DNA of 64,000 bases, from the sequence record OR413585.1, one strand, 5' to 3'. Of the stretch, positions 47,439-56,267 are shown in pieces. The notes under the pieces were generated by a model. The model made no database searches and had not been told where the DNA came from. It saw only the letters and a list, made by a program, of their open reading frames with translations. The first letter of the stretch is position 1. Each line of letters opens with the position of its first letter. A program made the position numbers and the translations under genes.

Positions 47439-48440
47439 ATGAAAACTGTGGCTAAATTGTTTCGCACCAGCATCCGCACTGCCGAGTTCCGAAATAACAT
47501 CGGCAGCGATACTGTACGAGCACGCCGCCTAAAAGAGTTTCTAAAGGACGAGACTTATTCTGTTTACGTGGTGAAGAATAAAGAAACCTGGGAGGGTTAT
47601 TTAGTGGCCACCTATCGACACGGTGACCCTACACTAACCTGTCACTATTTTGAGGAGTTTGTACCTGGGGCATTCGATAAAGTTGGTTTGGCCCTTGTGC
47701 TCGACCATACCGGATTCGAATATATGTCGTGCCCAGCACCTACTGACGATGTTGAACAAAAACTGGTCGAAAAAGGGTTTGTTCTTTCAGATATCGTTTG
47801 GGCATGTCATTCTAAACTGTTTGACAAAGTAATCACCGCATCAGAAATCAAGATTATTTCTGGTGATGCATACGCAGAACTTACCAAGGAAGATAAAGAC
47901 GTTATCCTGAATTTGATTAGCGGTGCAATTTGCGAAGAGTTAGAGTACGATGTGCGCGGCTACTATACACACATTGGTCCGTTAGCAGAAACAGTAATAG
48001 CAAGAATTCAGCACGCTAATGTGGAGACTGCAATTTGGCGAGACGGTCATGATATCGTCGGTATTGCCCAGATGCGCTTGGTTACACCAGGCGTCGTTGA
48101 ACTTTCTGGTTTAACCGTTGCACCTACGCACCGTAAACGTGGCATTGGTCGCCGGCTAATGGGCGCGCTATTCGATTTCGCACAACGTCATTCCGACCAA
48201 GTCTATATTGAAACAGCTGCTGATAATAATCCAGCAAATCACCTGTACGGCAACATCTTACGTTGCAAGCAGGTACTGCGTACACTAACGTTGAAACGCG
48301 ATCCTGAACTTATTAGCTGGAAACGGGTGAATGGGAACCGCGCCGATCGAGTGCTGAAAGAAGAACCTAGCATTCCGGTGGAGACTACAACCAGGCTGAC
48401 TATCAGTGATATGTTTCAATCTGGCATGAGAGGATGTTAA
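47439..48440 (+). CDS. Tandem (two-domain) GNAT acetyltransferase
   Basis: ATG 47439 with GAGG SD; C-domain LSGLTVAPTHRKRGIGRRLM...ETAADNNPANHLY; N-domain degenerate (KLVEKGF). Confidence 0.8.
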   Translation: MKTVAKLFRTSIRTAEFRNNIGSDTVRARRLKEFLKDETYSVYVVKNKETWEGYLVATYRHGDPTLTCHYFEEFVPGAFDKVGLALVLDHTGFEYMSCPAPTDDVEQKLVEKGFVLSDIVWACHSKLFDKVITASEIKIISGDAYAELTKEDKDVILNLISGAICEELEYDVRGYYTHIGPLAETVIARIQHANVETAIWRDGHDIVGIAQMRLVTPGVVELSGLTVAPTHRKRGIGRRLMGALFDFAQRHSDQVYIETAADNNPANHLYGNILRCKQVLRTLTLKRDPELISWKRVNGNRADRVLKEEPSIPVETTTRLTISDMFQSGMRGC

Positions 48441-48443
48441 CGG

Positions 48444-49262
48444 GTGATAAAACCAATTTTAAAATGGATGGGTGGTAAGAGTCGTGTACTGCCCGAGCTG
48501 CTACAGGTGTTTCCGGATGCTGAGTATTTCGTTGAACCTTTTGTGGGCGCAGGGTCAGTGTTTTTAAACACTAAATACCCGAACTATATTCTCGGCGACA
48601 CGAACCCGGACTTAATCGAGTTACTGACCATGGCGCGCGATCGTCCGGAAGCGCTGATTCTGGAAGCAAAGGCGCTCTTTGCAAATGGGACGGACCGCGG
48701 TCTCTACATGGAACGGCGCGAGGGATTTAACAGCGAAGCAACCACGGGGAAACCTAATCTCCAGCGCGCCGCGATGTTCCTGTATCTTACACGTCATGGT
48801 TACAATGGTTTGTGCAGATACAATCAGTCGGGTGGGTTTAACGTGCCCTATGGTCAACACCCGAACGGTGTCTATTTCCCTGAAGAGGAAATTCTGGCGT
48901 GGGCAAAACGTTGTTCGGAAACCAACGTCGAGCTGCTCTGCGCGGACTTCCGCGACATCCTAAATAAGTGCCCATCTAACGCTGTGATATACGCCGACCC
49001 GCCCTACATCCCACTTTCGGATACGGCTAAACATGCGCAGTATCACAGCAAAGAATTTTCACAAGCTGACCACCGCGAGTTAGCGAAACTTTTAAAACAA
49101 CAAGCTGCCGATGGCAATAAGGTCGTTCTGTCAAACGCAGATACGTTACTCACACGTGACATCTACTACGGTTTTACCTGGCGTGAAGTTCAGGTGGGCC
49201 GATATATGTCCGCCGATGCGAATAAACGTAAAGCGGTGACAGAGCTAATCGGCACCTTATAA
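48444..49262 (+). CDS. dam: DNA adenine methyltransferase (Dam/D12 class)
   Basis: LKWMGGK, EPFVGAGSVF, GYNGLCRYNQSGGFNVPYG, IYADPPY. Confidence 0.95.
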   Translation: MIKPILKWMGGKSRVLPELLQVFPDAEYFVEPFVGAGSVFLNTKYPNYILGDTNPDLIELLTMARDRPEALILEAKALFANGTDRGLYMERREGFNSEATTGKPNLQRAAMFLYLTRHGYNGLCRYNQSGGFNVPYGQHPNGVYFPEEEILAWAKRCSETNVELLCADFRDILNKCPSNAVIYADPPYIPLSDTAKHAQYHSKEFSQADHRELAKLLKQQAADGNKVVLSNADTLLTRDIYYGFTWREVQVGRYMSADANKRKAVTELIGTL

Positions 49263-49271
49263 GGTACCAAC

Positions 49272-50075
49272 ATGCAACTATTTAATCTATACGGTATGGA
49301 CAAAAATGACCTGACCGTAGAGTTTAGTGGTCGATTGACCACCTTGGGGCAACTCCGTGAACGGATTCAAGATTTGCGACCCGTCGCAGACCAAGAAGAC
49401 GATCATTGGTTAGTGTTGAGCAATAGCGGTCGTGCGCAAATGTATTTTCGTGGATGTCGTTCAGGTATTGTTTACTACATCTACGAGTTGCACGTGCTTT
49501 CCGAGCCCCTGTTCCACGAGTGGAAGCGTTTAACGCGACTCCTGGAAGTGCAGATGCTTGATATCACCTGTTTTCCGCATGACACCGAACATGCGGCATT
49601 GTACCAACGTCTGGGGTTCGAAGCTGTAACGAAGCGTGTGGAGATTACTGTCAGTCCGAAATACGGTTTTACGTCAGACCCATCGGTTGTCCCGTTGGAG
49701 ACATTGTCATTAGAACAAACCCAAGATGTTTGCTATCTAATGCGACCTACGCTAAAAGACGCAGGAACGCGTGAGATGTTGGGTGAATTAGCAAATGGTT
49801 TTGTCTCTGCGTTCGTGGGGCTGCACGGCCAGAAACCGTTTTCATTAATGCTTTATAAGGAGTTCCCGAAGAGCATCATTACTGAGCAATTCTGCTGCCA
49901 AACTTTTGACCCGGTTGCTTACTCGGTAGAGTTTCTAAAACACTACCACGCCATTTTGCATTTGGCGGGACAGAAAGGTAAGAAGGTCAACATGGGCGTT
50001 GCGATAGAGCACGAGTTTCCTTCTATCGAAGGGTTAGAGTATCGTGTAATCACGCATCACTACACCCTTGCGTAA
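49272..50075 (+). CDS. Degenerate tandem GNAT-like protein
   Basis: YYIYELHV and DTEHAALYQRLGFE match the GNAT beta4 and motif B pattern; no RxxGxG loop. Confidence 0.5.
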   Translation: MQLFNLYGMDKNDLTVEFSGRLTTLGQLRERIQDLRPVADQEDDHWLVLSNSGRAQMYFRGCRSGIVYYIYELHVLSEPLFHEWKRLTRLLEVQMLDITCFPHDTEHAALYQRLGFEAVTKRVEITVSPKYGFTSDPSVVPLETLSLEQTQDVCYLMRPTLKDAGTREMLGELANGFVSAFVGLHGQKPFSLMLYKEFPKSIITEQFCCQTFDPVAYSVEFLKHYHAILHLAGQKGKKVNMGVAIEHEFPSIEGLEYRVITHHYTLA

Positions 50076-50084
50076 GGAGAGAAT

Positions 50085-50897
50085 ATGCTGAGAGTTATCG
50101 AACGCACGGAGAGGATTCTGGACCGAACGTGGTTGGAAGACCGTAAAGCGTTATCGTTGTTAAATGATATCGATCCTTCCACGTTACAAGATGAACGTCG
50201 TCTTTACTACCGAATCTTTGAAGTTTTCAGTCGGGACACAGTTGCGCCCGACGCGATCGTGCTCTGTCTGGACCACGGATACATGTTAGAAGTTATCAAT
50301 ATGGTTCGTGCTTTAGACGCCCAGTTAACCTCGCTTGCGGATGCTTTACTCCGCTCAGCGGGGTGTAACTACGCGATGCATTTTACTCGTTCTGAAGGGG
50401 ACGAATATGCTCGCATGGGCTTTTGTTGCGAAACGATAAACTACCGCAAAATTAATACATTGGTGCCTAGCCACGATGAGGATTTCTGTGGGGATGTCAG
50501 TTCGTTGTTCGATAGTAAGAAAGCGTTCTTGGATTGGGTTAGAATGCTTTACGGTAAAAGCTCTATCTACTCAACGCTCGTTACGGGCGGGAGGATGATG
50601 TCGTGGCGGAACAGCGATAGTTACAAACTGACAGTGCTCACACATCGTGGACAACGCTGGGTTATTGGTGGGTGGTTTACCGCAGAAGGGGTGGTTACTC
50701 TAACTCGAGAGGAGTTCGGACTGTTGATGCACTGTATCCAGTCTGAATTACCGGTGGGGGATGAATTAGTTTACACTTACCACCAATATACTGGGGGACC
50801 AGCCGCAATGTGGTTATTAGAAAATGGTTGGCTACCCGAAAGTTATGTGTACGGACGTGCCCTGAAAACTACTAATGGAGAAAATAATGCAAATTAA
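50085..50897 (+). CDS. Degenerate tandem GNAT-like protein
   Basis: EYARMGF (about aa 107-113) and WLLENGW (about aa 244-250) end two similarly sized halves; AAGGAG SD. Confidence 0.4.
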   Translation: MLRVIERTERILDRTWLEDRKALSLLNDIDPSTLQDERRLYYRIFEVFSRDTVAPDAIVLCLDHGYMLEVINMVRALDAQLTSLADALLRSAGCNYAMHFTRSEGDEYARMGFCCETINYRKINTLVPSHDEDFCGDVSSLFDSKKAFLDWVRMLYGKSSIYSTLVTGGRMMSWRNSDSYKLTVLTHRGQRWVIGGWFTAEGVVTLTREEFGLLMHCIQSELPVGDELVYTYHQYTGGPAAMWLLENGWLPESYVYGRALKTTNGENNAN

Positions 50898-51165
50898 TCG
50901 TACAGTGTCGAAGTCTAAAGAAGTCGTTTACAACGTTGAGGACGGCGACGTAATGCAGTTCCGTGCCGTTATTGACGAACAGCACGTACTCCAAGTCGTT
51001 TATTCGAAAGAAGAAATGACTCGCGCACATAGCCGCGTGTTGGAAAAGCTCGTCGCGAAAGCCAAACAACGCGACGGCATTAAATCCTACAACGTTATGT
51101 ACGGTTATCAGTTACGTGAGGTGGAAGGGGAGCTGTTAATCACCCCTGTTCCGGTAACGGCGTAA
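50887..51165 (+). CDS. Small hypothetical protein
   Basis: ATG 50887 with GGAG SD (track start 50875). Confidence 0.7.
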   Translation: MQINRTVSKSKEVVYNVEDGDVMQFRAVIDEQHVLQVVYSKEEMTRAHSRVLEKLVAKAKQRDGIKSYNVMYGYQLREVEGELLITPVPVTA

Positions 51166-51205
51166 TTCGCCATTGTATGACCCTTAAACACCGTTGAGGT
51201 TAACT

Positions 51206-51688
51206 ATGGATATGATCGAATTAGGTCAGCTCCCTCAGCACGATTTCGATTTAGGCGTGCGTCATGAGGAAGGGGCCGACGCGAACACACTAATGGCCCG
51301 CTACTACGAGCTACTGACCGGTCAACCGTTGGACGATGAACACATCAACCGTTTTGAAAAACTGTTGGCACAACTCATCACCTCTAACGCAGAACGCATT
51401 GGCATGTTGAACGAAATGAACTTTGCCGATGTAGAGCCGTCTGACGCTCAGAAGATCCTTATCGATGGTCCTGTGCCAAGCGATGAAGTACAAGACCTTC
51501 TGGCAGGTATCCGTGCAGGCTTCGATGAAGCTGCTGAGAAATACGCGGAAGAGCTGGCAGATGTCGATTTGGCTGCGCCGGTTGACCCGAATCCGTCTGC
51601 AGAGGAGACGGCGGCTGCGAAATTGAAACTCGCGCGCTTTATCTGCGCAGCCGTCCTGACAGACGACCGCGAAGAAAACCAACTGTAA
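51206..51688 (+). CDS. Acidic hypothetical (possibly virion) protein
   Basis: ATG 51206 with GAGGT SD; TATGACCC at 51176. Confidence 0.7.
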   Translation: MDMIELGQLPQHDFDLGVRHEEGADANTLMARYYELLTGQPLDDEHINRFEKLLAQLITSNAERIGMLNEMNFADVEPSDAQKILIDGPVPSDEVQDLLAGIRAGFDEAAEKYAEELADVDLAAPVDPNPSAEETAAAKLKLARFICAAVLTDDREENQL

Positions 51689-51784
51689 GGTTTGCCTCCT
51701 TGCCCACGGGTAAGGGGGTCCCTTTTTATTTACATCAGTCCACTAACTTATGTGAAACAACCCACGTAAAGAGGAATTAAGAGA

Positions 51785-52102
51785 ATGTGGTTAAGTGCTA
51801 TTCATCGTGACCTGCCAAAACGTGAAGTGACCCTTTCTGTCGATGCGGAACCGATTACTGTCGGCGTCGCTAACTTCGACCGCATGGAAGAAGGGCAGTA
51901 TGTCGTGGTGGACAACGATGAAAACGAATTCATGTTATTCCATCCCGAAGTTGATGCGTCTGAAATCCGCGAGGGTTCTATCTTGTTTTCTTGGCAAGAC
52001 AAAGAAACTAAACAGTGGATGTGGTGCGTTGCTAACACAACCAATGAAAAAGGTACCGCGTATGCCCCAGGACAGCTTCATGTCGAACCTAAACCCCATT
52101 GA
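51785..52102 (+). CDS. Hypothetical protein
   Basis: 105 aa, GAGGA SD; TTAC-N15-TATG at 51730-52. Confidence 0.7.
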   Translation: MWLSAIHRDLPKREVTLSVDAEPITVGVANFDRMEEGQYVVVDNDENEFMLFHPEVDASEIREGSILFSWQDKETKQWMWCVANTTNEKGTAYAPGQLHVEPKPH

Positions 52103-52394
52103 GCCCACACTGACGCACCAGGAACTGCACGTCCGTTTTATTCGGGCGTTCACACCCCCGTTAGGTGGTGAGGTACACGATCGTTCCGTGGTTGCAGAAG
52201 TTAAAGGTATCGGCGAAGAACTAATGACACTGTCTAATATTGTGACGGGTGTTGAGTTCACGTTACCGTTAAACGTATTTCGGTTTATTCCGCGCGTAAA
52301 CGAAACGCTGCTCATCGACCGTGTGCATCATCGGATTAGGGCGCAGGTACATCCTAGCCGTAAGGAGTATGTGCGCTTAGAGATGATGGTTTAA
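52080..52394 (+). CDS. Hypothetical protein
   Basis: Likely ATG 52080 (AGGA SD); track start 51843 overlaps the upstream gene extensively. Confidence 0.6.
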   Translation: MSNLNPIEPTLTHQELHVRFIRAFTPPLGGEVHDRSVVAEVKGIGEELMTLSNIVTGVEFTLPLNVFRFIPRVNETLLIDRVHHRIRAQVHPSRKEYVRLEMMV

Positions 52395-52403
52395 CGCACG
52401 ACT

Positions 52404-52428
52404 TTTCAGATAGATGTTATTTTACTGA
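52404..52428 (+). promoter_or_regulatory. Early promoter, class B
   Basis: tttcagatagatgttattttactga. Confidence 0.6.
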
Positions 52429-52456
52429 ACCTAACTGTAAAGAAAGGAAAAAGTAG

Positions 52457-52762
52457 ATGGCTAAACAATACACAATTGTTAAACGTGCAGGTACGACTCT
52501 GCTGTACGTGGAGAAAGGTTGTGAGAACACTGCAACCGCCAAGAAACTGAACCTGCAAGGGTTTCTGTATCAAGGTCTCCGCGCGGGTTTGACCATCACT
52601 TTCAAAGGCTTACCACAGGCGAAGAATCTGCGCGTCGTACGTGCAGACGGTGTAGAGCGTGCCTTGGTAGCCGACACCCCGGTTGATACTATCCCTGCCA
52701 GTAAGAAGGCAGCGAAAGCAACCAAGAAAGTCGTCGATAAACGCAAACGCGCTGTCGCTTAA
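52457..52762 (+). CDS. Small basic early protein with Lys/Ala-rich tail
   Basis: 101 aa; ends ASKKAAKATKKVVDKRKRAVA. Confidence 0.75.
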   Translation: MAKQYTIVKRAGTTLLYVEKGCENTATAKKLNLQGFLYQGLRAGLTITFKGLPQAKNLRVVRADGVERALVADTPVDTIPASKKAAKATKKVVDKRKRAVA

Positions 52763-52768
52763 GTAGTC

Positions 52769-52808
52769 CCCTACCTAACTTCGGTTAGGTAGGGCTCTTT
52801 TTATTTTT
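52769..52808 (+). terminator. Intrinsic terminator
   Basis: ccctacctaac-TTCG-gttaggtaggg plus T-tract. Confidence 0.85.
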
Positions 52809-52828
52809 AACCCTCTGGGGGATATACC

Positions 52829-53281
52829 ATGTTTCAATGTTCAGTCGTCAATGATGCGGAATTGGCCGTGTACAAGCAGCGCACAATCCGGGCGCTGGAT
52901 GCTGAAAAACCAGTCGATGTTAAAACGCGTGCAATCATTAGGGCATTTAGCGTATGGCCGAATATCGCAACCGTTTGGGCATTCACGGGAGAAGTTCGCA
53001 AAGACGGAGACAAGCTTCGTACACGCAGACACCACAGCTTAACATTTGTGGCAACCGAGGCGGGTCTTAAAGACATTAATCATTTATTAGAAGGATGGCA
53101 GCCGCACGAATACGGGAAACGTTTTCAGTTAAACTTTACTTGGCTGCGTCAAGAAGGCAACGCGAATCTCTGTTATCCAAGCTGGACGTTTAGACTCAAC
53201 TATCGACCTGACCCAGATGTGATGGAAAGAGTGATGGAGCACTGGCTCGCACTCGCAATTTTTACAGAACATAACCATTAA
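52829..53281 (+). CDS. Hypothetical protein
   Basis: 150 aa, GGGG SD. Confidence 0.7.
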   Translation: MFQCSVVNDAELAVYKQRTIRALDAEKPVDVKTRAIIRAFSVWPNIATVWAFTGEVRKDGDKLRTRRHHSLTFVATEAGLKDINHLLEGWQPHEYGKRFQLNFTWLRQEGNANLCYPSWTFRLNYRPDPDVMERVMEHWLALAIFTEHNH

Positions 53282-53309
53282 ATGAAGACACCCTTAAGGA
53301 GAATTAAAG

Positions 53310-53780
53310 ATGCCAGTTTTATACGGTGGCGTGGATCTGAAAGTTTTGGATCGGTTTAAACTACGGGCATCCGAAGCGCTCGTAAACGGTTGGGTCGAGC
53401 GTGGGGTACGGGATGCGTGTGAAGTTATTTGCCGTTACCCCGGCGCGACGACAATGTGGTCATGTCATGGACACGGACCATATTCTAAAAAGAACTCGCC
53501 AGGGGAGTTCCATGTAGTGTTTGTTCTTGGTGTTGGCTTTGAGCACAAAGCGCATGAGCTAGTTGCTGAGTTAATGAAAGCGGATATTCCACCATTGTGG
53601 GATTTATCCATGGCGAGACTCATGTACCCTGATGATGATTTCGTTTATGACCTCAGCGAAATCACCCTGAAAAACACGTATAACGCGTGGAAGATAACGT
53701 ATCGTTATCTGCACACCGAACAATCCCTTCGTGAAATTCGTAAAGTATTCCACACAGTTTGCAAAAAGGTTTTTAACTAA
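53310..53780 (+). CDS. TYW3/Taw3-like fold protein (putative SAM-dependent methyltransferase-like)
   Basis: ALVNGWVERGVRDACEVICRYPGATTMWSCHGH resembles the Taw3 pattern G.VD..I..L...IN......TTSSCSGR; AAGGAG SD. Confidence 0.45.
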   Translation: MPVLYGGVDLKVLDRFKLRASEALVNGWVERGVRDACEVICRYPGATTMWSCHGHGPYSKKNSPGEFHVVFVLGVGFEHKAHELVAELMKADIPPLWDLSMARLMYPDDDFVYDLSEITLKNTYNAWKITYRYLHTEQSLREIRKVFHTVCKKVFN

Positions 53781-54478
53781 TGGCTAAGCAAAAGAAACCC
53801 CGTAACAAAAAGTATAACCCGAAAGTTGCCACAGAACGTACGGCACACACCGTCGCTGAAAACGCTCTGAATCGTATCACGTTTATCGGCAGTTCGATTC
53901 GTCGCCTCGGGCCGTACGCGGGCCGTGGTTTTCACTTTACGGCAAGTCCTCGTATTCGTGCCATCGCCACAGATATGTTAGTCGGTGGGCTGTTCGACCA
54001 ACCGCGACCATGGCATCTTTGGGTGATGCACCTCACTGAACTCGACACCGGTGAAATTGTAACAGAAACCGCAGTTGCCACACTTGACGATTATACTTTG
54101 GCGGACTTCTGCGAACACGCTGAGGAGTTAGTTAAATCGTTACGCCCTGAACAGGAAGAGGGGAAGTATTTCGGTTATGCATTTGTGGCTGCACCGAACG
54201 AGCGGTACGACTTCAAAGCGGAAGAAGACCAGCTCATTGAAAACTTCATGCATTCTGGACTACTTGATACGTCGTTACATCTGTCGGAAGAACAACAGTT
54301 CGTTAGTCGTGCAGATATGGCAAAGTTACTTGTTGGTTATACTCGGAAGTTTGACGTGACCGTTGAACATGTCAAAGAAGTACCAGAGATTGTGAGCAAG
54401 AAAGACGAGGTGGTACTTCCGGTTGACGAGGTCGTCGGTAAAGTAGCGACTGCGATAGGGGCAACAGGGGATTACTGA
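53780..54478 (+). CDS. Hypothetical protein with basic N-terminal KKPRNKKYNP motif
   Basis: 232 aa, TAATG coupling. Confidence 0.7.
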   Translation: MAKQKKPRNKKYNPKVATERTAHTVAENALNRITFIGSSIRRLGPYAGRGFHFTASPRIRAIATDMLVGGLFDQPRPWHLWVMHLTELDTGEIVTETAVATLDDYTLADFCEHAEELVKSLRPEQEEGKYFGYAFVAAPNERYDFKAEEDQLIENFMHSGLLDTSLHLSEEQQFVSRADMAKLLVGYTRKFDVTVEHVKEVPEIVSKKDEVVLPVDEVVGKVATAIGATGDY

Positions 54479-54687
54479 TGAATCTACGTTGGCCGATCGC
54501 AGCTGCTGTGTTGTTCTGTATTTATATCGCCGTCAGTACCAGTACCCGCACTGCAGAACGTCGAGAGACCGCAACCAGCACGTTCAGAATGTGTATTGAT
54601 CGAGTAGACCCGAACAATAGCACTTATCCTGACGCTGTGAACGCGTGTCGCAAAGCGGTTGCTGAGATATTGAAAGAGGAAAAATAA
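54478..54687 (+). CDS. Small bitopic membrane protein with Cys pair
   Basis: WPIAAAVLFCIYIAVS TM; MCIDR...NACRK. Confidence 0.65.
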   Translation: MNLRWPIAAAVLFCIYIAVSTSTRTAERRETATSTFRMCIDRVDPNNSTYPDAVNACRKAVAEILKEEK

Positions 54688-54773
54688 TGGAAAACCTCAC
54701 GCCGATTGAGATAGTGGCGCTATTAACCCTAGGTTACATGGATTTGATTTTAACCCCATTAATTATCGAGTGA
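54687..54773 (+). CDS. 28-aa hydrophobic peptide (not in ORF track)
   Basis: GAGG SD plus TAATG coupling; MENLTPIEIVALLTLGYMDLILTPLIIE. Confidence 0.45.
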   Translation: MENLTPIEIVALLTLGYMDLILTPLIIE

Positions 54774-54777
54774 ATAA

Positions 54778-55263
54778 ATGAAACTACAAACCGAGGTTAA
54801 GGAAATACCCGCACAAACCGTGGCATCCGCGAGTGGACTGATACTGTCTATACCGTGCGACGAATTTAAAGACTCGGCCCGTCCCGACGAAACGATATCG
54901 TTAGCATTACGTCGCGGACACGTTTTCTGTGAATTCGACGCGCCTGTGATTAAACCGTGTCAATCGTTCGGGGAAGTAAAGGCCGCCATTGATCGGATAC
55001 GTTGTATTGAACTCGTACGCGTTTGCGGTTATGTATCGAACGTCTGCTATGGCGTTGTCGATGGTTACTTTCAACTCCGCGGTGAATTCACACCACACGG
55101 CCCACTCAAAGCGTTAGCGATTGAAGTGATGCGTGCAGGCACCATCACGATTTCTCCACGTATAGAACTCGATGGATATGGGAAGATTGTTTGCATCCCA
55201 TCTTTCGATGTTGTGGCAGAAGAAACCCCACGTTATCAATTTCTACATACGGTGAAACAATGA
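54778..55263 (+). CDS. Truncated, probably inactive paralog of the phiKZ/T4-type prohead protease
   Basis: CEFDAP (for GElgHP)...RIRCIELVRVC...GEFTPHGP...ISPR pattern; catalytic His absent. Confidence 0.55.
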   Translation: MKLQTEVKEIPAQTVASASGLILSIPCDEFKDSARPDETISLALRRGHVFCEFDAPVIKPCQSFGEVKAAIDRIRCIELVRVCGYVSNVCYGVVDGYFQLRGEFTPHGPLKALAIEVMRAGTITISPRIELDGYGKIVCIPSFDVVAEETPRYQFLHTVKQ

Positions 55264-56267
55264 CAAAGCTTGTTTCGTTTTCAGCAGGGTTGGATTCCAC
55301 CTGGATAATGTATCAGCTGTTGTGCAAAGCACCGGCCAATGAAGCGCGACATGTCCGTCCTGCATATTTCTCCATGTGGAATGGAGGTAACGCGAACTTC
55401 ATGGAAATTCTTTGTAGTGTGGCCATTGTTGAACGGTTAATGGACAGATACCACGCACAAACCGATCGTGTTACATGGGCGGTGCTCGGGGAAGAGAACT
55501 TTCCGCCTGTCGTTAGCGCCGGCTACGCTAACGGCTGGTCGCCTCTGGTTCAGCAAGGCAATGTTGTTAACGGCCTCGCTAAACTGATGTGCGACATTAC
55601 ACGCAAACAGCACCACGCCTATGCAGTTGTTGGCTGGAATAAGCTAGATGCGTTGGAGAATAGTCTAGAGCTGGGAGATTGGACATTAGACGAGTACGCT
55701 CGCTTAAAGAACCTTTATAGCGAACTGATGTATTTCCAAGATCATGCCGGCCGCGTTCCACCGCTTCTAACACCTGCGTGGGATAAAGAGAAACTGGAAA
55801 TGTGGCAGGAGTTGCCGGAAGACATTCGTAGATTGGTGCAGGTCAGTAACTACAACAACTACGAATTCGCGATAGACCGTGAGAATAACATGCTCATCGT
55901 TTATGCCCATCCGTCGGCAAAGTCGCAGAATTATCGTAGTCTTGGTATTACACCGTCGGTGGGATGGGAGATTAAAATCAACGATGCTTACAGACGGGTA
56001 TGGTGCTCTGCTCTTGGTGGTGCTATTTCTGCTATGGGTTTGGACGTACCGACTTTTGCTAACTTTAAGGACCCGAAAAGAAATCACACAACCTTTACGG
56101 TAACTGAAGATACCGAAAGACTGTTTATCACGTCATTTACAGCAGAAGAGTGGTGCGAATATGCACCGCATTTTAAAGCGCTTCAGGAGAAAGAAAAAGA
56201 GAGAGCGAATAATGCCAAAGCAAGTAAAGCTGTGGACGCTCCAACTGGCGAAGTGGCGGATAGCTGA
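55260..56267 (+). CDS. QueC-like PP-loop ATP pyrophosphatase
   Basis: ATG 55260 (ATGA overlap); LVSFSAGLDSTW, VVGWNKLD, LLTPAWDKEKLEMW; lacks the QueC Zn-Cys cluster. Confidence 0.65.
   Translation: MTKLVSFSAGLDSTWIMYQLLCKAPANEARHVRPAYFSMWNGGNANFMEILCSVAIVERLMDRYHAQTDRVTWAVLGEENFPPVVSAGYANGWSPLVQQGNVVNGLAKLMCDITRKQHHAYAVVGWNKLDALENSLELGDWTLDEYARLKNLYSELMYFQDHAGRVPPLLTPAWDKEKLEMWQELPEDIRRLVQVSNYNNYEFAIDRENNMLIVYAHPSAKSQNYRSLGITPSVGWEIKINDAYRRVWCSALGGAISAMGLDVPTFANFKDPKRNHTTFTVTEDTERLFITSFTAEEWCEYAPHFKALQEKEKERANNAKASKAVDAPTGEVADS

Noticed and set aside
16488-54687. Homology between the 16488 and 54478 membrane peptides
   Set aside because: Only the CID and Cys-pair pattern is shared, which is too short to claim paralogy.
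55260-56267. Canonical queC of a 7-deazaguanine DNA-modification pathway
   Set aside because: Lacks the C-terminal Zn-binding cysteines and has no folE/queD/queE/dpdA neighbours in the window; kept only as QueC-like.
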